Below are positions 57,674 to 64,000 of a DNA stretch of 64,000 nucleotides, piece after piece. The notes beneath the pieces were generated by a model that searched no databases, had not been told where the DNA came from, and saw only the letters and a list, made by a program, of their open reading frames with translations. This DNA is from Longimicrobiales bacterium (GTDB taxonomy: Bacteria > Gemmatimonadota > Gemmatimonadetes > Longimicrobiales > Gaopeijiaceae), in contig OZ220732.1 in the NCBI GenBank assembly GCA_965116905.1, positions 576,001-640,000 of the forward strand, in the 5' to 3' direction. The stretch's first letter is position 1; every line of letters begins with the position of its first letter. A program made the translations under genes and the position numbers.

Positions 57674-58086
57674 GGGGGCGATCCGAGGCAGCCGCCACCT
57701 CGGTGCCCCGCCAGCCGCATGCCGGACTGAGGCAACATCCGTTAGCCCACTGGCCCATCTCCGCAGCCCATCGCCCGGACCGATCCCGGGATCGCGCTTT
57801 CCGGCCACCCCGCTGTCCCAAACCGCCGAAACACAGGCCGATCCTGCTATAGACGGGTTTTGAAATGGCGGTTTCGGCGAGGTCCGGGACCGCGTCGTCA
57901 ATGCCGCCCAGGAGCCGCAGGTGGCCCGCTGGCGGGTGATCGGGCATCGGCGACCCTTCCACGTCATCCCGACCCGAGATCGTGCGTTCTGCGGCCGTAC
58001 GGAAGGCCGAAAATCCATGGTTAAATTTCAGGTGCGACAGTCTCACCACACATAAGCCGTTGCCGGACTTGAACCTGGAGGATCAC

Positions 58087-58599
58087 ATGAACACCACGCA
58101 ACTCGGAGAGCGGATCGCCGAACTCGCCGCCCGGATCAACATCGCCACCCACGAGATGCTCACCCTCGTCGCCGAGTTCGACCGCCGCGATGGGTGGGCC
58201 GACGCCTTCGACTCCTGCGCCGAGTGGCTCGCCTGGCGGACCGGGCGCACGGTCGCCACCTGCCGCGAGAACGTGCGCGTCGCGCATGCGCTCGAGGACC
58301 TGCCCGCCACCTCGGCCGAGATGAAGGCCGGACGGCTCTCCTACGCCAAGGCGCGGGCCATCACCCGGGTGGCCACACCACAGACCGAGGCGGAACTGCT
58401 CGACTACGCCCACAAGGGCTCGGCCGCGGCGGTGGAGCGCATGGTGTGGGGGGTGCGGCACCGTGGGAAATGTCCCATAGTCCGCCGCTGTCCGATGTCG
58501 TCCGAGCCAGTACGTGGGCAGCTGGACGCCACCGCCAGCGGCACTGAAAACACCTCCCCAACGTCTTGGGCACGGTTTCGTCGGAGCTCGGCTTCGTAG
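58087..58599 (+). pseudogene. DUF222 (13E12-repeat-like) HNH endonuclease, N-terminal fragment
   Basis: GGAGGA RBS; LGERIAELAARI...EFDRRDGW...SCAEWLAWRTG...ENVRVAHAL..LP...GRLSYAKARAITRVATP; similarity ends near 58463. Confidence 0.85.
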
Positions 58600-58833
58600 G
58601 CCAGCCCGAACCACCGCCGCCAGCCACCGCGTGAAGTACCGAGCCTTGTCGGCGAAAGCTTGACGCTCGTCGAATACGCGCGATCGTGCGCAGGGTGCTG
58701 TCCTAATTGAGCATCTCCATCTCGAACGCATTGCCCGGGATGACGCAAATGCGGTGGGCGGAGATAGCCCTTGGCCGCACTCAGTTCTTCCCCTTCTTGG
58801 CCCCTCAGGCCACCATTCGAAGATTCATGGTCC

Positions 58834-59451
58834 TCAGCGGTCCAGGTGGTAGTTCACGGCGGTGACGAAGGTTCTTGCGACGCCGATGCCATCATGCTCT
58901 GATCGGAACAGGTCCCATTCTCTCAGGTTGATGCCGTACCGCAACTCCATCGTCACGCTGACGCGCTCGGTTGCTTGGATGGCGAGTCCAGCCCCGGCGA
59001 CAAAGCGTGCATCTTCCTCGGTCCCGTAGCACTCTCCCTCTGTTCCGCGGGTCAGGTTCTTCGCTCGACACCTGACCGGTATACCCCAGGTCGGACCGAA
59101 CATAAGCTGCAGGTCGAGTCCGTCTTGCCGCGCGACGCTTGCCTCTGCGATGACCGAGAAGTCGATGTGGTCTATCTGGTCACGGAACCTGTCGCCGCAG
59201 GGACCGGGACAATCGTAGTTTTCACGCCACAGCCAATAGCTTCCCTGCTTGTACGCAGCACCGAACCGAAAGCCGAAACGTTCGCTGACAGGAGCGTAGG
59301 CGGTAGCACCGACAGTCATCAGTGTCACTGGATGATCGCGGTAGTTGTCTTCGGGCCAAGTCGGCCCGCCCTGGACTCCGATTTCGGAGATTCCCGGTGG
59401 GAAGATGTACAGCAACACCCCCGAGACCATCAGCAATGCGAGGTTGTCCAT
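58834..59451 (-). CDS. Outer-membrane beta-barrel-like protein
   Basis: GGAGG RBS; hydrophobic N-terminus; amphipathic strands (FRFGAAYKQG, LMFGPTWG, FVAGAGLAI, MELRYG); terminal strand FVTAVNYHL. Confidence 0.65.
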   Translation of the reverse strand: MDNLALLMVSGVLLYIFPPGISEIGVQGGPTWPEDNYRDHPVTLMTVGATAYAPVSERFGFRFGAAYKQGSYWLWRENYDCPGPCGDRFRDQIDHIDFSVIAEASVARQDGLDLQLMFGPTWGIPVRCRAKNLTRGTEGECYGTEEDARFVAGAGLAIQATERVSVTMELRYGINLREWDLFRSEHDGIGVARTFVTAVNYHLDR

Positions 59452-59535
59452 AAGTCCCCCTCCTGTTCCAGAAGAACCGGCGGCCACCGGGCCAAGTCCG
59501 CATCCCGGTGGCCCCCCGCTCCTGACCTAATGTCC

Positions 59536-61260
59536 TTAGTACCCCACGTTCTGGATCCAAGTTCGTCGAATGTCGTCTGCGTCCCAATCGGACGGCTCGG
59601 AGGCGCCCTCGGTCGCGTTGTCCGGTGCACCGATGCCGGGAAAGTTCGAGTTGTGCACGATCTCGCTGACCCGGTTTTCGAGGCACCACACGAAATCCGA
59701 CACGTCGTTGCGTTTTGAGCCATCGACACGGCAAGTCCGGAGGACCTCGGATACATAGTGTGCTGGGTAGTTCGTTCGATCGTCTCCCTCGTCCGCCGAG
59801 TCGATCAGATCCGTGAACAGCGCGGCAACGTGGCCCTCGATCTTGCCCGGAATGCCGTTAGTATTCCGGAGTTTCTCCCATTGTCCCGGCTGCTGCCGGC
59901 CGATCGAGCCGGCGTAGCTTGCGAACCCCTCCTTGAACGCGCACTCGTACGATGTCGCTTTCCACACGCCGCCGCGGTCCTTGCCGCATCTCGAGGCACT
60001 CCATGTTCCGCCGAGCGACTTGTTGTGCAATGCGTGACCGTACTCGTGTCCGGCTACCTGCTGGCTCCAATAGCCTCCCTTATAGAAGGTGATTTTATCC
60101 CCGGTCCGTGAGTACGACCCGCCGCCGGAAGCGGACGAGTACTTGTAGTCCACGGCCGACCGCGACTGGTCGAAGTGGTCGTCGATGCGCGGTATCGACT
60201 GGCCCAGGTGGCGCCACGGCAGATACCACTTGTCGCTGATGACAAACAAGGACGTAGAACCGCAGTCGTCCTGGTCCACCTGGGTGCTTCCGATGGAGTG
60301 ATTCGCGTTGACTTCCGTGGTCGTGGGAACCGACCCGGCGACGTTCATGTACTCGGCATCCTCGTCCTCGGGACACGGGAACGTGATCAATCCGCTTTCG
60401 CCCACCTCCCTGATGATGATGTCCCCGGACCAGTCGCCGGGGTCGAGGTACATCGCCTGGACGTACGCTCCCGATGCGGCGTGGAAGCTGCCACCACTGT
60501 AGTAGCCGACCCTAACGCCGATGGAGTCGGACCCGCCATTGGCGCCCGCAGCGCTCGCGGTCATGTCGGCGCCGGTTGCGGTCCGGCTCTCGTACCTGGT
60601 GCGGAACGGGCCGGGTTGCGGGACGAGGTTGTCATCGAAAACCGACTCGTCGAATTCGTTGGTGACGCGGCCGCCTCCGTCCATCACAAGCAGCCATGCC
60701 TCGCCGTAGCCATCGTCGAATACATAGGGATCCCACTTGTCGTCAGGTCCCTGCGCATCGACATCTACAGCCACATGGTAGTAGCCCTTGTCGGGCAACT
60801 TGACGGCGACGGACCTCTTCCAGGTGCCGCCCTCGTCGAGGGCGGGTACCTCCCATTTTGCCACCACGGGCAGTTCCTTGCCAATCGGATAGTTCGGCCG
60901 ATTGCCCTCCCCGGCGTGATCCATCGCCGCCATCGTCGGCAATCGCATCCGCACTTCGCCGCCCGTCAGCTTCTCGGTGGCAACACCCTCGATCCAGATC
61001 GTGACCGTCTGGTGCGGCTCCAAGTCGCCTTCGACCTCCAGTGTGACTGCGAAACGTGATCGGAAGTTGTCGACCGATCCGCCGTCGTCAGCGGCGTGGG
61101 CAGCCGCAAGGCCGAGCTCATCGCCCCCGACATCCGGCTGCTCGACAGCGATGGGATCGTCGTCACAGGCTCCCACCAGGAGTACACCGCCAACGGACAG
61201 CACGACCTTCCAGAACCCGATAGTCCCGTTGAGGTTTCTGATCTCTTTTGGCCTGTTCAT
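59536..61260 (-). CDS. Lipoprotein with a gluzincin-type zinc metallopeptidase motif
   Basis: AGGAGG RBS; lipobox VGAC; VAGHEYGHALH followed by AFKEGFASY. Confidence 0.8.
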   Translation of the reverse strand: MNRPKEIRNLNGTIGFWKVVLSVGGVLLVGACDDDPIAVEQPDVGGDELGLAAAHAADDGGSVDNFRSRFAVTLEVEGDLEPHQTVTIWIEGVATEKLTGGEVRMRLPTMAAMDHAGEGNRPNYPIGKELPVVAKWEVPALDEGGTWKRSVAVKLPDKGYYHVAVDVDAQGPDDKWDPYVFDDGYGEAWLLVMDGGGRVTNEFDESVFDDNLVPQPGPFRTRYESRTATGADMTASAAGANGGSDSIGVRVGYYSGGSFHAASGAYVQAMYLDPGDWSGDIIIREVGESGLITFPCPEDEDAEYMNVAGSVPTTTEVNANHSIGSTQVDQDDCGSTSLFVISDKWYLPWRHLGQSIPRIDDHFDQSRSAVDYKYSSASGGGSYSRTGDKITFYKGGYWSQQVAGHEYGHALHNKSLGGTWSASRCGKDRGGVWKATSYECAFKEGFASYAGSIGRQQPGQWEKLRNTNGIPGKIEGHVAALFTDLIDSADEGDDRTNYPAHYVSEVLRTCRVDGSKRNDVSDFVWCLENRVSEIVHNSNFPGIGAPDNATEGASEPSDWDADDIRRTWIQNVGY

Positions 61261-61412
61261 GGCACCCTCCTGGGTATGGGTCCTACCGACCGCCCGGATC
61301 AGATGTCGAGTGAAATCCCGGTAGGGCCAAAGTTGGTCGCCGTGTGTTGGAGCACGTGTAGGCTCCCCAAACTCACTACTCCAGTATTGGCAACGGATTC
61401 CAGCGCTCATAG

Positions 61413-61469
61413 AGGGAAAACCCGGTAGTTCGTAGGGGAAAACCCGGTAGTTCGTAGGGGAAACTCCGG
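61413..61469. repeat. 22-bp tandem repeat (~2.5 copies) upstream of the metallopeptidase gene
   Basis: Rgggaaaacccggtagttcgta x2, then ggggaaactccgg. Confidence 0.9.
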
Positions 61470-61796
61470 CCAAGCCACGAAAGCGTTGAGCGTGAAGGCG
61501 GGGGACTGGAGGCTCTGTCCCGAAGCTGGGCAGGGAGCGAGAACCGGTTGGTTGTCAACACGTCTCCATCGAACCGAAGTAGGCGCGATGATCGGAAGAG
61601 AAGCGCGGAGGCGACCCTCGGGAGCGGGTAGGCAAACGCGACCGGAGGTGGCGCCGGGATTCCCGCCAATCAAGTCCGGCTTTCCCGCTGTCGCAGCACT
61701 GTCCAGCAGGGTCCAGCCCGATGGCAACAGTGACAGATCGTGCAGTTCTGATTGAACTTACGTGATCTCTTGCCGTGATTCAGGCCTTGGGTGCTC

Positions 61797-62198
61797 CGCC
61801 TGGCCAACACGGTGCTGCTCTGCCGGCGGCACCACCGGCTCGCGCACGAGGGCAGGGTCCGGATGGCGCTCGACCGGCGCGACCGGGCGGTGTTCTTCGC
61901 GCGCAGCGGGGCGGCGGTCGCAAGCGCGCCCCCGCTGCCGGAGCCGACGCTGCCTCTGCCGTCCCCGCCCCCGCTTGGGCCCGGCGAGATGTACAACGGT
62001 GCGGCACGGCTCCTGGACTCGGCGATCCCATGGGAGATCGAGGCCGCGGCACGGGAGGCGGTGGAGGCGGCACCGGAGGCGGGCGAGGTGGGCAAGCAGG
62101 CCGGCGAGCCTTGCAAGGCGGTGGAGCAGGTCGGCAGGGCCGACCGCAGAACCGACCGCAGACGCCAAGACACCCCGCCACCCGCCCAGGCCGCCTGA
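61797..62198 (+). pseudogene. DUF222-HNH endonuclease, C-terminal fragment
   Basis: RLANTVLLCRRHHRLAHEG is the distal half of an HNH motif; the proximal half is missing; the stop lies 2 nt before the right inverted repeat. Confidence 0.8.
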
Positions 62199-62200
62199 GT

Positions 62201-62237
62201 CCCACGTTTCCACGGCAAATCCAGGGACACCGGCATG
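62201..62237. repeat. Right inverted repeat
   Basis: cccacgtttccacggcaaatccagggacaccggcatg; weaker similarity extends to ~62257. Confidence 0.93.
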
Positions 62238-62399
62238 TCGGGATGGGACACCAGGTCACAATTCAGAAGGAGCAGGAGCCGGGGACAACCGCCTCGACGA
62301 TGAACCCTTCGCCCCCGACCGGCACCCGGCGTACCTTGCAAGCAACCAGACGGCCGTGACCGGCTGTCGAAAGAGAGGATCAAAACGCCGAGGCTCACA

Positions 62400-63641
62400 A
62401 TGACGAACGTGACAATAACGCGACGGCATTTCACCCCGCCGCCCCTCGCCCTCGCTCTCGCGCTCCTGGTGGCCTGCAGCGACGCCGGGAACGAATCCGA
62501 CACCGGCGCTGTCGGAACCCTGGACGGCCCGGACGTGATCGTGAACGCCGTGACCGAGGAGGTCTTCGCCGTCGGCTCGGCCATGGCCACCGACTGGCAG
62601 GCTTTCGGCAACGTCCGCTCGGTCCACTTCGACGCGCAGGCCAACCTGCACATCTTCGACAGCAACGCCGATCACATCGTGGTGGTCGGGCCCGACGGGT
62701 CGCTGATCCGTACGGTCGGCGGGCCGGGCGAGGGACCCGGAGAGTTCGGCAACGTCACCACGGCGATCGTTGCGCCCGACGGCTCCTATACGGTGATGGG
62801 GTTTACGCGGATCGACCTTTTTGAACCCGACGGCGACTTCGTGCGCAGCATCACCATGGACCCGTTTACGACGGGAATGGTCATGGCCACCATGGCGCTT
62901 CCTGATGGCCGCCTGTTGACCGGCCAGATAATGCGCTTCGGCAGTGACGAGGAGGCTGACGAAGTGGGTCGCCCGATCCACATCTTTCCACTCGACGGCA
63001 CCGAAACGGAACTTCTCTACACTGCCTGGGAGTTGCCCGAGGAGGGCGGGGACGAAAGCACAGCCGAGTCGACGTCGGGTGGCACGCTCTTCCGCTTCGC
63101 GGCGGGCCGCGCCTTCGAGCCCCGCCTTCAATACGACCTTCTGACCGATGGCCGCCTCGCGCTGATCGATTCGATCGGTTACCGCGTCAAGCTCATCGGA
63201 CTCGACGGAAGCGTCACCGGAACCATCGAGCGGCCGATCGCGCCGCTGCCGGTCGACGATGCAGTCATGGAAGCCGAGCGCGCACGCTACAGTGAACGCG
63301 AGGCATCGGAGGTGGTGACCTCAAGCGGCGTCAACGTGCAGATCGAGCGGGAGGGCGTGGAGGGGCGTACCTTCGCCGACGAGTTGCCGGTGTTGTATGA
63401 CCTGGAGGTCGACTGGGAGGACCGAATCTGGCTGGAACGCTGGGGACCGACGGGCGACGACGACGGTCCGACCGACATCGTGACGCCCAACGGGGACTAC
63501 ATCGGCACCCTGCCACCGGACGGACTCAGGACACCGGACGCCTTCGGCCCCGGCGGACTCCTGGCCTATATCGAGACCGACGAAATGGACGTGCCGACCG
63601 TGCGCGTGCTCAGACTGGTTGCGCTGGAGCCGGAGGGGTAG
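62400..63641 (+). CDS. 6-bladed beta-propeller (NHL-like) lipoprotein
   Basis: Lipobox LVAC; VGGPGEGPGEF; VDWEDRIW; ETDEMDVPTV. Confidence 0.85.
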   Translation: MTNVTITRRHFTPPPLALALALLVACSDAGNESDTGAVGTLDGPDVIVNAVTEEVFAVGSAMATDWQAFGNVRSVHFDAQANLHIFDSNADHIVVVGPDGSLIRTVGGPGEGPGEFGNVTTAIVAPDGSYTVMGFTRIDLFEPDGDFVRSITMDPFTTGMVMATMALPDGRLLTGQIMRFGSDEEADEVGRPIHIFPLDGTETELLYTAWELPEEGGDESTAESTSGGTLFRFAAGRAFEPRLQYDLLTDGRLALIDSIGYRVKLIGLDGSVTGTIERPIAPLPVDDAVMEAERARYSEREASEVVTSSGVNVQIEREGVEGRTFADELPVLYDLEVDWEDRIWLERWGPTGDDDGPTDIVTPNGDYIGTLPPDGLRTPDAFGPGGLLAYIETDEMDVPTVRVLRLVALEPEG

Positions 63642-63674
63642 GGGCGTAGTCGGGGAGCCCTAGCGACGGGAGCC

Positions 63675-64000
63675 CTAGCCGCCGCTGACCTCCACTCCTA
63701 CCTCCGCCCCCTCCCCGCTTCCCAACCGCAGCGTCGCCGGCGGTTCCACCTCGCGCCGCACATACCCCAGCCCGATCGTCTGGCCGAAGCGCGGCGAGTC
63801 CGCGACCGAGGTCACGCGGCCCCGCACCCTGGTCCCGTCCGCCTCGAACAACTGCGCTCCCGGCCGGGCGGCGACGTCCCCGAACCGCAGCGCCCGCAAG
63901 TGCCAGTTCACCCGCCCGCGATGCCGGATCCGCACGATGACTTCCTGGCCGGTATAGCACCCCTTGTCGTGATCGAAAGCGACGTCGACCAGCCCCGCCT
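63675..64000 (-). CDS. ygfZ: YgfZ/GcvT-family folate-binding protein, 3' part (runs off the window)
   Basis: Signature KGCYTGQEVIVR followed by a GcvT-like C-terminal barrel. Confidence 0.88.
   Translation of the reverse strand, partial: AGLVDVAFDHDKGCYTGQEVIVRIRHRGRVNWHLRALRFGDVAARPGAQLFEADGTRVRGRVTSVADSPRFGQTIGLGYVRREVEPPATLRLGSGEGAEVGVEVSGG

Larger units (their letters stand above)
57616..62257 (+). mobile_element. Putative inverted-repeat-bounded DUF222-HNH element carrying cargo
   Basis: 37-bp inverted repeats (36/37 identical) enclose the 5' and 3' parts of a DUF222-HNH gene, separated by unrelated cargo. Mobility is inferred. Confidence 0.65.

Noticed and set aside
58464..58833. Minus-strand ORFs (58404-58748, 58021-58731) in the cargo junction
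   Set aside because: No RBS or recognisable motifs; may be a gene remnant but cannot be supported.
61413..61469. Possible mini-CRISPR array
   Set aside because: The repeats are directly adjacent with no spacers, and no cas genes are present.

Overview
A GC-rich, densely coding bacterial window. The gene content (signal-peptide-bearing amidohydrolases, S9 and CocE/NonD hydrolases, a VPS10-like propeller, YpdA, many 6-bladed beta-propeller lipoproteins) is reminiscent of marine or host-associated Gemmatimonadota, but that is inference only. No rRNA, tRNA or CRISPR array was recognised. The backbone is a set of exported amide/peptide/ester hydrolases, interrupted by small accessory modules: four type II TA pairs, an orphan antitoxin, an Rpn nuclease with an internal antitoxin-like start, an Erm-like methyltransferase with an out-of-frame leader ORF, a Schlafen/AlbA_2 protein and seven NHL-like propeller lipoprotein genes. 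Most notable: (1) a ~4.6-kb element (57616-62257) bounded by 37-bp inverted repeats, in which a DUF222-HNH gene is split and its middle replaced by a zinc-protease lipoprotein + beta-barrel cargo pair, with a truncated second copy of that pair at 8977-9655; (2) parS-like palindromes shared between those inverted repeats and two free-standing intergenic sites; (3) accessory cassettes flanked by duplicated 3' ends of neighbouring genes; (4) an unannotated-looking secreted CX3C-X23-CX3C peptide gene paired with a propeller lipoprotein; (5) a membrane protein with two PmoC/AmoC-like metal motifs coupled to a His-rich partner. All calls come from motif recognition by eye; no database searches were run.
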